Shown here: positions 9,088 through 19,450 of the stretch, piece by piece
How the letters are laid out: each line of letters begins with the position of its first letter
Numbering within the stretch: position 1 is the stretch's first letter
NCBI GenBank assembly: GCA_963835575.1
Contig: CAWIGG010000004.1
Span: forward strand, 160,001 to 224,000
Direction: 5' to 3'
Length of the DNA stretch: 64,000 nt
Origin: an uncultured Spirochaetota bacterium
GTDB lineage: Bacteria; Spirochaetota; Brevinematia; Brevinematales; JAOACQ01
Made by a program: the position numbers and the translations under genes
Notes under the pieces: model-generated
Database searches by the model: none
The model's input: the letters and a program-made list of their open reading frames with translations, nothing else
Told to the model about the DNA's origin: nothing

Positions 9088-9927
9088 TTAAATTCTTCCA
9101 AAAACCATGCCGAGGATATACAGCGAACCCAGAAAACCGAGTGATAATCCATTTGCCAGTTTGGCTGTTTTCGGATCCTTTTTAAAAGCAAAAAGTATAT
9201 TGATCAGTGAACCGGTTATTATAATTCCTATCATACAGTATAAATAGTAAACACTGAATTTCCCTGTAAAAAATGCCGCCAGCCCGAACAAATAAGAAGC
9301 AGCCTCATGGAAAAAGAGAAATTTAATGGAAAAGCCCATCCCGTATTTTCCCGGTAAAGTAACCAGACCGGCTTTTTTATCAAAATCCAGGTCCCGGATA
9401 TCCCCCAGCACCTTTCCGCCGGACATCGCAAAAAAAAGAAATAAAGAAAGCATAAGAGGCGCCAATCCCGTATTTCCCGCCGCCAGGGCCCCAATCCAGA
9501 CATAAAAAGCCTGCAGGGCGCCCAGGCTGTATGCCCTGCCCAATGGGCTGTCAAGAATACCCGACCCTAACCCGGCTATGACCAGTATAACGCATGATAA
9601 AGGTATTAAAATGAATGGCGTCATTATAATAGTGAAAATAACAGCGGTAATGAGCGCGCAGACCGTAATGCAGACACCGGTATAGAAAGAAATTGCCCCG
9701 GCAGCTATTGGATTGGATAATTGACCGGATTTTTTATCTTTTTTAAAATCAAAAAGATTATCCATAAAAAAACCGGCCAAAGAAAGTAAACCGCCGGTTA
9801 ACCCCGCATAAAAAGTGTTTTTAAAAGACGCTCCCAGCCCATAGGCTGTTGAAGCTGTTACAATTGAAAGCATTAAAACCCGGTAAATCCTGAATGATTC
9901 CAGGGCCCTGTGAATATTTAAAAGCAT
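9088..9927 (-). CDS. UbiA prenyltransferase family membrane protein
   Basis: DNLFDFKKD and DIRDLDFDKKAGLVTLP Asp-rich motifs; multiple TM segments. Confidence 0.85.
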   Translation of the reverse strand: MLLNIHRALESFRIYRVLMLSIVTASTAYGLGASFKNTFYAGLTGGLLSLAGFFMDNLFDFKKDKKSGQLSNPIAAGAISFYTGVCITVCALITAVIFTIIMTPFILIPLSCVILVIAGLGSGILDSPLGRAYSLGALQAFYVWIGALAAGNTGLAPLMLSLFLFFAMSGGKVLGDIRDLDFDKKAGLVTLPGKYGMGFSIKFLFFHEAASYLFGLAAFFTGKFSVYYLYCMIGIIITGSLINILFAFKKDPKTAKLANGLSLGFLGSLYILGMVFGRI

Positions 9928-9933
9928 CTTGCC

Positions 9934-10809
9934 TTATTCTATCGGAGTACCATGAGAATTTACATAATTCTTGAATTTTTTTACGAGCTCCCTGGTAATC
10001 TTACCCGGTTTTCCATCGCCTATGACACGGCCGTCAATTTGAATGACCGGTACGATTTCCGCACCTGTCCCGGTCAGGAAGACTTCGTCGGCAATAAACA
10101 TTTCAGCGCGGGAGAAGAATTTCTCCGCCACTGAATAACCGGCGCTTTCCGCGAGATCTATCACAGTGTCCCTTGTAATACCGGGCAGGGCGCCTGCGAC
10201 AACGGAAGGCGTATATATCTTGTTTCCCTTTATCATAAAAATATTATCGCCGGAGCATTCCGCAACATATCCGTCATTATTGAGCATGATCACTTCTTCA
10301 ACACCGGCGATCTTGCCCTCAATCTTGGCCATTATATTATTCAGATAGTTCAGCGACTTCACCATCGGGCTTACGGCCTCGTTTAAATTCCTTCTAGTCG
10401 GAACCGTAACAACCGGCATGCCCTTTTCATAGAGCTCCTCAGGATACAGCTGTATTTTATCAGCTATGATTATTACAGAAGGCCCTTTACATATCCAGGG
10501 AGAAAGCCCGAGGTCCCCCTCTCCTCTTGTGACAATAGGCCTGATATAACCGTCGGTAATTCCATTGGCCTTGCAGATTTTTATAACAGCGTTTTTAAAT
10601 TCATCTTTTTTGACGGGTATTTCAAGCATGATGACTTTTGCCGAATTATACAGCCGGTCGATATGCTCATCCAGCTTGAATATCCTTTTGCTGTAAGCGC
10701 GTATGCCTTCAAATACGCCGTCGCCGTACAAAAGACCGTGATCAAATACGGAAATCTTCGCGTTCTCCTTTTCCACCAGTTCGCCGTTTAAATAAACATA
10801 CTTACCCAT
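9934..10809 (-). CDS. ilvE: Branched-chain amino acid aminotransferase
   Basis: DHGLLYGDGVFEG, KSLNYL, LPGITR, EVFLTGT. Confidence 0.92.
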   Translation of the reverse strand: MGKYVYLNGELVEKENAKISVFDHGLLYGDGVFEGIRAYSKRIFKLDEHIDRLYNSAKVIMLEIPVKKDEFKNAVIKICKANGITDGYIRPIVTRGEGDLGLSPWICKGPSVIIIADKIQLYPEELYEKGMPVVTVPTRRNLNEAVSPMVKSLNYLNNIMAKIEGKIAGVEEVIMLNNDGYVAECSGDNIFMIKGNKIYTPSVVAGALPGITRDTVIDLAESAGYSVAEKFFSRAEMFIADEVFLTGTGAEIVPVIQIDGRVIGDGKPGKITRELVKKFKNYVNSHGTPIE

Positions 10810-10909
10810 ATCAGTCTCCTCATTATATCTACAGGAATTATCCTTTTAAAAAATCCTTATAATAAAATAACGCCATTAATTATCGTCTTTCGGTTATTTA
10901 AACCTGAAT

Positions 10910-11572
10910 CTATCCCAGATCGATAATTCTATCGCATTTTTTCGCTATTTCCATATTATGCGTCGCGATGATAAATGTCTTATTGAATTTTTCCTTTAAA
11001 TCCCACATCAGCGACTCAACATTCGACGCGTTCCGTTTATCAAGGCTTCCCGTGGGCTCGTCGGCAAATACGACAAGCGGGTCATGGATCAATGCCCTGA
11101 CTATGGCCACTCGCTGTCTTTCCCCGCCGCTCAGCTGATCGGGATAATGGGAGTGCCTCTCCTTCAGCCCTACAATATCAAGCATTCTTAACGCGTTTTC
11201 CCTGACATAATCGGTTATCGGCGTGCCCTTGATCCTGAGAGGAATGAGGACATTGTCCAGGGCGGTAAAATCCTCCAGGAGGTAGTGGTGCTGAAATATA
11301 AATCCGACGCTCCTGTTCCGGAATTCAGAAAGCCTTTCTTCATCAAGGTTGTCAATCCTCAGTTCATTAAAAACAACTTCTCCCGATGTCGGCCTGTCCA
11401 GGCCGCTCAATATGTTGAGCATCGTTGTTTTTCCGCGTCCGCTCTGCCCGATAATGGCGACAGCCGATCCTTCTTTAATTTCTATATTCATTCCTTCAAA
11501 AACAAGGACACTGTCCACGGCCGTTTTGTATGTTTTTGCCAGGTCTTTTGCGGCAATGATGGGCTTAGTCAT
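10910..11572 (-). CDS. lolD: LolD-like ABC ATPase
   Basis: Walker A GQSGRGKT, LSGGERQR, ADEPTG; adjacent to a LolE-like permease. Confidence 0.8.
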   Translation of the reverse strand: MTKPIIAAKDLAKTYKTAVDSVLVFEGMNIEIKEGSAVAIIGQSGRGKTTMLNILSGLDRPTSGEVVFNELRIDNLDEERLSEFRNRSVGFIFQHHYLLEDFTALDNVLIPLRIKGTPITDYVRENALRMLDIVGLKERHSHYPDQLSGGERQRVAIVRALIHDPLVVFADEPTGSLDKRNASNVESLMWDLKEKFNKTFIIATHNMEIAKKCDRIIDLG

Positions 11573-12848
11573 TTCGGAGTACCTCTACAGGCCTGAATTT
11601 AGACGCTTTTAACGCCGGTATGATAACGGCGACAGTACTGAGAACAACAGACAGCGCCATTACGAATAAAATATCCTCATAGAGGATTTTTATCGGGAAC
11701 TTATCTATATAATATACACTCGAATTAAAAAATTGAAACGGAACCGGCGCCATCACCGGCCTGAAACCTTTAACCAGTAAATAAGCCGTCCTCGATACAA
11801 AATTGACGGCTGTTTCAATTAATTTCAATATATCATTAAGCGATACGGTAAACAATAGCCCTGTTATGATGCCGATAATGCTTCCGACCACTCCCAGGAA
11901 AAAACCGTCCAGTAAAAAGACCTTGAGGACACCGCTTGGTTTCAGCCCCATTGCCTTTAAAATACCGATTTCCACTTTCTTATCCAGGACCATGGCGATC
12001 ATGGTGCTGAGAATATTGAAAGTGACCACTATAAAAAAGACGGAAAGAATAATTTTAATCAGCATACTTTCGTCCTGGAGCGCGGCCAGGTCATTCCTGT
12101 GCAGATCTTTCCAGCTATAGACATAAAAGGGCGTCGCTTTTTTTATGGCGGGAAGATAATTATCGATCGCATAAGGGTCATCAACCTTGATGCCCAGTCC
12201 GTATGCGTAACCTTCGGCATTAAAGATCTGCTGGGCGTCTTTAAAAGAAATAAAAGCGAGCGTTGAATCGTAATCCTTATGTCCTGCGGTAAAAACCCCG
12301 GTAACCCTGAACCGGTATTCAATCGGGATATAATCTTCGCCGTAAACCATTACGGACAGAATGCTTCCGGCGTTGACGCCGAGGTTCAGGGCCAGGTTAT
12401 AGCCTATCATGATGGATTTATTCTCTTTAAAGCTGAAAGAACCTTCATTCATCTTGAACTGTTTCTGGAAATCCTTATCAGTCTGATACATATTCTCCGG
12501 GATACCCATTATGATGGAACCCCATACATTGAGGCTTCCCTTGAGAAGCGCCTGCTTCTCAAAATAAGGGGAAACTGTCTTTATTCCTTTTATCTTCAAT
12601 AAATCTTTTCCATATTTTTCATAATTCTTTACACCCCGGCCGGGCCCCAGGATAATGGCATGGAAATCCTTGGCCATCAGCTTCTGCATGAAATTATCAT
12701 GGATGCCGTTTGCCGCGGAAAGGATGACAATGGCCGCAGCGCAGCTGATAACGATCGTAAGGAGCGCGATCACAGCTATCGCAGACAAACCCCTGTCGCT
12801 TGCCTTGAATTTTAAGTATTTTGAAGACAAATAGAGTATTATGTCCAT
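11565..12848 (-). CDS. LolC/LolE-type ABC permease (FtsX/MacB domains)
   Basis: EIGILKAMG, VYYIDKFP, PVEVLR. Confidence 0.85.
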   Translation of the reverse strand: MDIILYLSSKYLKFKASDRGLSAIAVIALLTIVISCAAAIVILSAANGIHDNFMQKLMAKDFHAIILGPGRGVKNYEKYGKDLLKIKGIKTVSPYFEKQALLKGSLNVWGSIIMGIPENMYQTDKDFQKQFKMNEGSFSFKENKSIMIGYNLALNLGVNAGSILSVMVYGEDYIPIEYRFRVTGVFTAGHKDYDSTLAFISFKDAQQIFNAEGYAYGLGIKVDDPYAIDNYLPAIKKATPFYVYSWKDLHRNDLAALQDESMLIKIILSVFFIVVTFNILSTMIAMVLDKKVEIGILKAMGLKPSGVLKVFLLDGFFLGVVGSIIGIITGLLFTVSLNDILKLIETAVNFVSRTAYLLVKGFRPVMAPVPFQFFNSSVYYIDKFPIKILYEDILFVMALSVVLSTVAVIIPALKASKFRPVEVLRND

Positions 12849-13090
12849 TTAAGAAAATACCTGTCCTATCCGATATCAATACCAAAGATTATAATTGATA
12901 ATAATATTTTAGTAAATAAATAATTAGCAATAAGGAGAAGCTGAAAAAAGCGGGATAATTAACCGCTTTTATTTTAAATACTTATTAATTAAAAATTGCT
13001 GTTTCAAGTAAACAGAATTATAATTAGATGCCTTTTTAAAATTAGAATGCTATTTTTTAATAAATACTTTATTTCCGATTTGAGGTTTTT

Positions 13091-14116
13091 ATGGCCGCTG
13101 AAGTGAAAATGGACAATTCATATATTGTAATAAAAGGCAGGTTCCGCGCTGTAGCATCGAGTTCCTACGGCGTTTTTATAGTATTTCTGGATAATATCAC
13201 CAAAAATGTGGATAAATACGATATTGTCTCATCCCACTTCAGCACTCTCTATGAAAATAATATCAGCATGCCCTGGCATGAGCTGGAAGAAATCATCTCC
13301 AAACTGAAATGGAGGGGCGAATACGCGACGAGCCTCACTCATGATATCCAGGCCAGCATGGAAGATATCTTTCAAGCCGGAACAGGAAGGACACAGGATA
13401 TCTGGTCCAACATAAAAAAAGCGCAGCTCAATAAAGTGTCGGACATCTTCGACGAGGTCTTGGCGCGGCCTACAACCGATAAAAACGTAAAATGCGAACT
13501 CACTATTGAATCCATCATGAAAAGCGAGATTGAAGAAGCCAAAAAGCTCCGCACCGAGCGGGAAGCAAAAGAATTATTCTCAAATGCGGATGCCGGCGGT
13601 CAAGCCAGCCTTCCCAGCTCGATGCCTGTTCTTGAAGAATCGGCAGTCGTTCTGGAAGTTTCGCTGGTGCTTTCGCCCATATCAGGAATTCCCATATACG
13701 ACCTTAAGGAAGATGATAAGATTTTGATCAAAATCAGCGAGCAGTCCAGCCGGGGCCAATATTTTATCGACCTCCTGAACGCTTCCGAGGACAACGAAAT
13801 TGTCCCGATTCCCGCGACTGTCGTCAAAATGACTAAAGAGGGTAAAATATATACGGTCCTGGTGAATATCGGGCCCGGCATCTACGGCAAATCTCTTGAT
13901 GAAGACACGGTCAAAGTTAAAAAATACGATCCGGCCGATGATAAAAGAAAGAAAAAGGAAGCCGCGCCTCAGGTCGATTTTATGCAGGCCTCCCCGGCAA
14001 CCACGCCGGAAAAGGAAAAAAAGAGAAAAGGCAAGGAAGCCCTCAATATCATCTTTATCATAATCGGAATTATGGCCATCCTCATGCTGATTATTATCAT
14101 TTATCTTTTTATGTAA
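13091..14116 (+). CDS. Hypothetical protein with a C-terminal membrane anchor
   Basis: 341-aa ORF, GAGG RBS, hydrophobic tail. Confidence 0.7.
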   Translation: MAAEVKMDNSYIVIKGRFRAVASSSYGVFIVFLDNITKNVDKYDIVSSHFSTLYENNISMPWHELEEIISKLKWRGEYATSLTHDIQASMEDIFQAGTGRTQDIWSNIKKAQLNKVSDIFDEVLARPTTDKNVKCELTIESIMKSEIEEAKKLRTEREAKELFSNADAGGQASLPSSMPVLEESAVVLEVSLVLSPISGIPIYDLKEDDKILIKISEQSSRGQYFIDLLNASEDNEIVPIPATVVKMTKEGKIYTVLVNIGPGIYGKSLDEDTVKVKKYDPADDKRKKKEAAPQVDFMQASPATTPEKEKKRKGKEALNIIFIIIGIMAILMLIIIIYLFM

Positions 14117-14127
14117 CCACAATCGAC

Positions 14128-14195
14128 AGCCTTTAGCGGTTAGTCAGAAGCTAACCGCTAAAGGCTAAAAGCTAATAGCTAATAGCTAACGGCTA
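14128..14195. repeat. Hairpin plus 7-bp periodic repeat (AANRGCT)n between convergent genes
   Basis: 16-bp stem followed by AAAAGCT AATAGCT AATAGCT AACGGCT. Confidence 0.7.
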
Positions 14196-14804
14196 TTTTA
14201 TACTGTCCGAATCGATCAATATCACTCCCGCTTTTTCCATTTCATCAAAGGCTTTTTTCGAATCGTCTTCCGCTATATTGACGCCCCTGCAGGCATCCCG
14301 GATTACAGCTGTTTTATAACCGAGGGCAATGGCGTCCAGCGCGGTGAATTTAACGCAATAATCAGCTGCCAGTCCAGCTATATAAATTTCATTAACACCT
14401 TTTGCCTTCAAATATGGCGCAAGGCCCGTCGATTTTTTATGGCCGTTATCAAAAAAAGCGCTGTAGCTGTCTATATTTTTATCCGTGGCTTTATAAAATA
14501 TCTTTCCTATTCTCTCCTTCTTCAGCTCCTTATGAAGCTCCGCTCCATGGGTGCCCTGGACGCAATGGTCGGGCCAGAGCGTCTGTTCAAGACCGAAAAG
14601 CATAATTTGATCATAGACATGCTTTCCCTGAACGCTGGCAAAACTCCCGTGGTCCTTCGGGTGCCAATCCTGCGTGGCGACCACAACATCAAATTTATCC
14701 TGAAGTGAATTGATTATAGGAATGACTTTATCCCCTTCTTTAACCGGGAGGGCGCCGCCCGGACAAAAATCATATTGAATGTCGACAATAATAAACGCTT
14801 TCAC
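14193..14804 (-). CDS. pncA: Nicotinamidase/pyrazinamidase
   Basis: VDIQYDF, QDWHP, WPDHCVQ, DSYSAF, DYCV. Confidence 0.93.
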   Translation of the reverse strand: MKAFIIVDIQYDFCPGGALPVKEGDKVIPIINSLQDKFDVVVATQDWHPKDHGSFASVQGKHVYDQIMLFGLEQTLWPDHCVQGTHGAELHKELKKERIGKIFYKATDKNIDSYSAFFDNGHKKSTGLAPYLKAKGVNEIYIAGLAADYCVKFTALDAIALGYKTAVIRDACRGVNIAEDDSKKAFDEMEKAGVILIDSDSIK

Positions 14805-14865
14805 TATGAGCCTCCTTTTATTAAGGGCAGTCCTAAAACTTGTGGTGAGTTTATCGAACCAACAT

Positions 14866-16332
14866 TCAGGTTTTTCTTCGTGAAAATACCATCCCTGTCT
14901 TTAAATCGAATAAGGACTTTTCCAGACCGACCGGGTAAACATGAGGATTCACAAATCTCTTGATACCGGAATGAAACTGTCCCAGGTTAATTTGCGTATT
15001 TTCCCGTATTTTTTGAATATCGATTTCAGGTGAAACCCTTTTTCCTTTTCTAAATACCGGGACAAGCAGATCAGCGTACTCCGTTTTATTATCCAGTTTC
15101 TTCTGTTTTGTATGATCAAGCGGATCAACTATCACGCATCCGCCGCTGAGATCGGTATGGATATCAAAAATACAATCGGCGGAATTTCCCCCTTTTTCTT
15201 TGTATCGGCGTATCTGCAAAATCCCCGGATTGGTAATTTTTACGGCCTGCTCTGAAAGTTTGATCTCATATTTCCACTCTTTTCCGGGCATCCGGACAGC
15301 GGAAAGTTTATATACTCCGTCAAGAGCGGGCTGGTCATACGCCGTGACAAGCTTGGTCCCTATGCCCCAGAGGTCTATCCTGGCCCCCTGTTCCTTCAAA
15401 CTGAGAATGATGTTCTCATCCAGCTCGTTGGAAGCCAGGATTTTCGCATTGGGAAATCCATTCTCATCAAGAATCCTGCGCGCCATGATGCTGAGATAGG
15501 CCAGGTCGCCGGAGTCAAGCCGGATCCCGGCCATTTCATAGCCCTTCTTTCTGAGCCATTGGCCTGCCTTGACCGCTTTTTTAACTCCCTCAAGACTGTT
15601 ATAAGTGTCCACTAAAAAAATACAGTTATCAGGCATCGCCTCCGCATACGCCCTAAAAGCCTCTTCCTCATCATCAAAGGACATCACCCAGCTGTGCGCA
15701 TGAGTCCCCCTGACGGGTATGCCGAAGATCTTGCCGGCCATCACGTTGGATGTCGCCGTACAGCCGCCGATATAAGCCGCCCTGCTCGCCGCGATGGCAC
15801 CGTCCGGGCCCTGCGCCCGCCTGAGCCCGAACTCGATTACCGGGTCGCCCTTGGCCGCCATGACAATTCTCGCCGCTTTTGTGGCTATGAGGGTCTGAAA
15901 GTTGATGAAATTCAGTAATATTGTCTCCAGGATCTGGCACTGTATGATCGGCCCCTGAACGCGGACAAGCAGTTCATAGGGAAAAACTATCGTGCCTTCG
16001 GGCACGGCATCGACATCGCATTCAAAACGGAGATCTTCCAGATACTTCAAAAAGCCTTCTTCAAACAGCTGCCTGCCGTCGCCGCCCTTGAGCGATGAGA
16101 GATAATCCAGGTCTGACTTGTCAAAATTAAAATTTCCCAGAAAATCCGCGGCGTATTCCAGGCCGCATGCCGCGGCAAAGCCGCCCTGGAAAGGATTTTT
16201 ACGGTAGAACAAATGAAAAACCGCCTCTTTTTGAAAAGTCCCGCTTTTCCAGTAAGCGTAAGACATTGTCATCTGGTAAAAATCGGTGAGAAGATTGAGA
16301 GACTGGTTGTAAGCCAGGGTCTTGTAATTCAT
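14866..16332 (-). CDS. pncB: Nicotinate phosphoribosyltransferase
   Basis: LLTDFYQ, EFGLRRA, GTHAHS, LVDTY, RLDSGDL. Confidence 0.95.
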   Translation of the reverse strand: MNYKTLAYNQSLNLLTDFYQMTMSYAYWKSGTFQKEAVFHLFYRKNPFQGGFAAACGLEYAADFLGNFNFDKSDLDYLSSLKGGDGRQLFEEGFLKYLEDLRFECDVDAVPEGTIVFPYELLVRVQGPIIQCQILETILLNFINFQTLIATKAARIVMAAKGDPVIEFGLRRAQGPDGAIAASRAAYIGGCTATSNVMAGKIFGIPVRGTHAHSWVMSFDDEEEAFRAYAEAMPDNCIFLVDTYNSLEGVKKAVKAGQWLRKKGYEMAGIRLDSGDLAYLSIMARRILDENGFPNAKILASNELDENIILSLKEQGARIDLWGIGTKLVTAYDQPALDGVYKLSAVRMPGKEWKYEIKLSEQAVKITNPGILQIRRYKEKGGNSADCIFDIHTDLSGGCVIVDPLDHTKQKKLDNKTEYADLLVPVFRKGKRVSPEIDIQKIRENTQINLGQFHSGIKRFVNPHVYPVGLEKSLFDLKTGMVFSRRKT

Positions 16333-16432
16333 AACCCGCTCCGGCGCAACAAATAATATTAATTAAAACGGTCAAAATAATCAAGCTGAAAACATCATAC
16401 AGTATGCTTCCAGACAGTGTTCTATACCAAAA

Positions 16433-16581
16433 GCCATCATTGCGAGTCAAAAGACTTGAACCGGGCCAATATTCATTATACGAAGCAATCTGTCTGCAAA
16501 CAAAGATGGCTTAAAGAGTTGACAGATTGCTTCGCACTATAATAATCGTCGAAGATAAAATCAGTCGCTCGCAATGACGGC
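16433..16581. repeat. REP-like palindromic repeat family B (TCATTGCGAG...GAAGCAATCT...AGATTGCTTCG...CTCGCAATGA)
   Basis: Nested inverted repeats; second copy at 31862-32062, partial copy near 46352. Confidence 0.8.
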
Positions 16582-16840
16582 TTTTGTATTGAAATTCTTA
16601 GTTTTTCAACAAGTCCTATTTAATTATCAATAAAAAAAACTATTTACCGGCTCTTTCCGACAAAAAACAGAACAAATCATTTAATTTAAGTAACAGCTAA
16701 TATTGATTAAACTCATGTTTTAATTTAAAATATCTTTAACAGCATATATAAAATAAATCATGTTTCTTTTTCCCGGTTTTCTTATTATACTTATATTGAA
16801 TCATTTATTAAAAAGCGGAGATTAAAAAAGGAAGAATATT

Positions 16841-19420
16841 ATGAAATTTGCAGGGATGGTTAAGGTCACGCCGAATATACCTCCCAATATAATTAGAATA
16901 AAGGAACTTTCTTATAATGTCTGGTGGTCGTGGAACCCTGAAGCCGTTAAATTATATCAATTGATTGATGAAAGGCTCTGGGAGGAAGTATACCACAATC
17001 CCGTCAAATTCCTTCTGAATGTTACGCAGACAAAGATCGAAAAAGCCGCCAAGTCCAGGACCTATCTTGAGCTCTATAACAAAATAATGGAAGAATTCGA
17101 CAGTTATATGAAAGATGAGAACACATGGTTCTGCCAGACTTTCCCGGACTGTAAAAACGATCTGATAGCCTACTTTTCGGCAGAATACGGAATTCACGAA
17201 TCCCTTCCCATTTATTCGGGCGGCCTCGGGATTTTGGCCGGAGACCATGTCAAAAGCGCGAGCGACATCGGCCTGCCGTATGTCGGGATCGGGCTTCTGT
17301 ATAAACAGGGATATTTTACTCAAAAGCTTACAAACGAGGGCTGGCAGGAAGCGGTTTACTACAATCTTGATTTCTCACAGCTGCCCTTGAATAAAGCCCA
17401 GGACAAAAACGGCGATCAGCTTACCATTGATGTCGACCTGCCGGGAAGAAAAGTCTATGCCAATATCTGGTATATACAGGCGGGGCGAGTCCGCGTTTAT
17501 CTTCTTGACACCAATATTGATAAAAATAAGGCGGAAGACCGCTGGTTTACATCCCAGCTGTACGGCGGCGACCAGGAAATGCGTATTACCCAGGAGATCA
17601 TACTGGGGATCGGCGGCGTCAGGGTCCTGAGGGCGCTGGGGCTTAAACCGGCTGTATGGCATATGAATGAAGGACATTCCGTATTTATGGGCCTGGAACG
17701 GATACGCGAGATTGTCGCGGAAGGTTTAACATTCTATGAAGCCCTGGAAGCCGTCAAAGCCTCCACGATATTCACCACCCATACGCCGGTGCCTGCGGGA
17801 AATGACGCTTTTCCCCTTCAGCTTCAGGCGAAATATTTCCGGAGCTACTGGGAAAAAGTAAAAATCAGCGAATCGCAGTTCATGGAGCTGGGCAAGGAAA
17901 TTGAACCCGGCGGTTCCCAGATCTTCAGCCTTACCATGCTGGCGCTGAAGCTGGCCGGCAGGGCAAACGGCGTAAGCGAACTGCACGGACATGTGTCCCG
18001 CAAGCTATGGGAAAATGTATGGGCAGGCGTCCCCTATGAAGAAAACCCGATCACTCATATAACAAACGGCGTCAGCACCGGCACATGGATAGCAGGCGAA
18101 ATAAAGAACCTGTATGATGAACATATGGGAATTGATTGGAAAAAGCGCCTGAACGACGCGAAGTTCTGGGAAAACGTTAAAAATATTCCGGACAAAGACC
18201 TCTGGCGGACACACCAAGCGCTTAAGCAAAAGATGGTGGATTATGTCAGAGAAAAAGCAATACAGGAATGGAAAAGATACGGCATTTCGCTCTCGGACAT
18301 TGCCGAAGACGCGGAAGACCTTCTCAATCCCGAGTATTTCACAATCGGATTCGCCAGAAGGTTCGCCACATATAAGAGGGCCGTCCTTCTATTCCGCGAC
18401 AGGGAAAGATTGAAGAAGATACTCAATAATCCCGAAATGCCGATGCAGATCATATTCGCGGGAAAAGCGCATCCCAAGGACAAGCCCGGCCAGGAATTCA
18501 TCAAAATGATTTTCGATCTGGCAAAACAGGACGGGTTCAAGGGCAGAATATTTTTCCTTGAAGATTATGATATGAATGTGGCGAGATATCTTGTTCAGGG
18601 CGTGGATGTCTGGCTGAACACGCCCCGCAGGCCTTACGAGGCAAGCGGAACAAGCGGCCAGAAAGGCCCGATCAACGGCGTCATTAACTTCAGCGTACTG
18701 GACGGCTGGTGGAGAGAGGCTTATGCCCTTAATCCCGGCTGCGGATGGTCGATCGGCCAGGACCAGGATTATCCAAACCCCGATTTTCAGGACCAGGAAG
18801 ACGCGCTGGACATTTACTCAAAACTGGAAAAAGAAATTCTCCCGCTTTACTATGATAGAGAGAAAGACGGTATCCCTGCCGGATGGGTCAAAAAAATGAA
18901 ACTTTCCATGCAGACCGTTATTCCTCATTTCAGCACCGATAGAATGGTCAAGGATTATACGGAAAGACGCTATGTAGAAGCGGCGCGGCAGGGGAAGAAT
19001 TATATAAAGGATAACTATGAAAAATCTAAAATCGCGGCCGCCTGGAAGTATAAGATCGCGTCCCAGTGGAACCAGGTCCATATAGACGCGGATTCTATTA
19101 CAAAATCCGACGCGTTTCAGGAAGTGTCCCTGAAGGAAGGCTTTCCTGTAAGCGCTGTCATAAGCCTCGGTCCGGTAAAAACACAGGATGTTTTAGTTGA
19201 GATTTATTATAGAAAGGTCGATGATAAAGGGAATATCACGGAAGAAAATCTCATAAGCGGAATGAAGCTTTCGGAAGAGCTGGGGAATGGCAGGTTCCGC
19301 TTTAACGGGATCTTAAAGCCGCTTAACGGCGGGCATTATGAATATACAATAAGGGTCATTCCATTCCTGGAAGGTACGGCGCATAAGTTTGAAATGGGTT
19401 TAATTAAGTGGCTGGATTAG
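16841..19420 (+). CDS. glgP: Alpha-glucan (glycogen/maltodextrin) phosphorylase
   Basis: YSGGLG, MNEGH, FARRFATYKR, EASGTSGQK. Confidence 0.95.
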   Translation: MKFAGMVKVTPNIPPNIIRIKELSYNVWWSWNPEAVKLYQLIDERLWEEVYHNPVKFLLNVTQTKIEKAAKSRTYLELYNKIMEEFDSYMKDENTWFCQTFPDCKNDLIAYFSAEYGIHESLPIYSGGLGILAGDHVKSASDIGLPYVGIGLLYKQGYFTQKLTNEGWQEAVYYNLDFSQLPLNKAQDKNGDQLTIDVDLPGRKVYANIWYIQAGRVRVYLLDTNIDKNKAEDRWFTSQLYGGDQEMRITQEIILGIGGVRVLRALGLKPAVWHMNEGHSVFMGLERIREIVAEGLTFYEALEAVKASTIFTTHTPVPAGNDAFPLQLQAKYFRSYWEKVKISESQFMELGKEIEPGGSQIFSLTMLALKLAGRANGVSELHGHVSRKLWENVWAGVPYEENPITHITNGVSTGTWIAGEIKNLYDEHMGIDWKKRLNDAKFWENVKNIPDKDLWRTHQALKQKMVDYVREKAIQEWKRYGISLSDIAEDAEDLLNPEYFTIGFARRFATYKRAVLLFRDRERLKKILNNPEMPMQIIFAGKAHPKDKPGQEFIKMIFDLAKQDGFKGRIFFLEDYDMNVARYLVQGVDVWLNTPRRPYEASGTSGQKGPINGVINFSVLDGWWREAYALNPGCGWSIGQDQDYPNPDFQDQEDALDIYSKLEKEILPLYYDREKDGIPAGWVKKMKLSMQTVIPHFSTDRMVKDYTERRYVEAARQGKNYIKDNYEKSKIAAAWKYKIASQWNQVHIDADSITKSDAFQEVSLKEGFPVSAVISLGPVKTQDVLVEIYYRKVDDKGNITEENLISGMKLSEELGNGRFRFNGILKPLNGGHYEYTIRVIPFLEGTAHKFEMGLIKWLD

Positions 19421-19450
19421 TCTTTTTTTTAAATAAGCGGGAGGCAGAAG

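Noticed and set aside
8958..9191. 77-aa ORF
   Set aside because: Overlaps the UbiA gene end and the MITE-like repeat.
14128..14195. CRISPR array
   Set aside because: A short periodic repeat without unique spacers; no repeat-spacer array or cas gene anywhere in the window.
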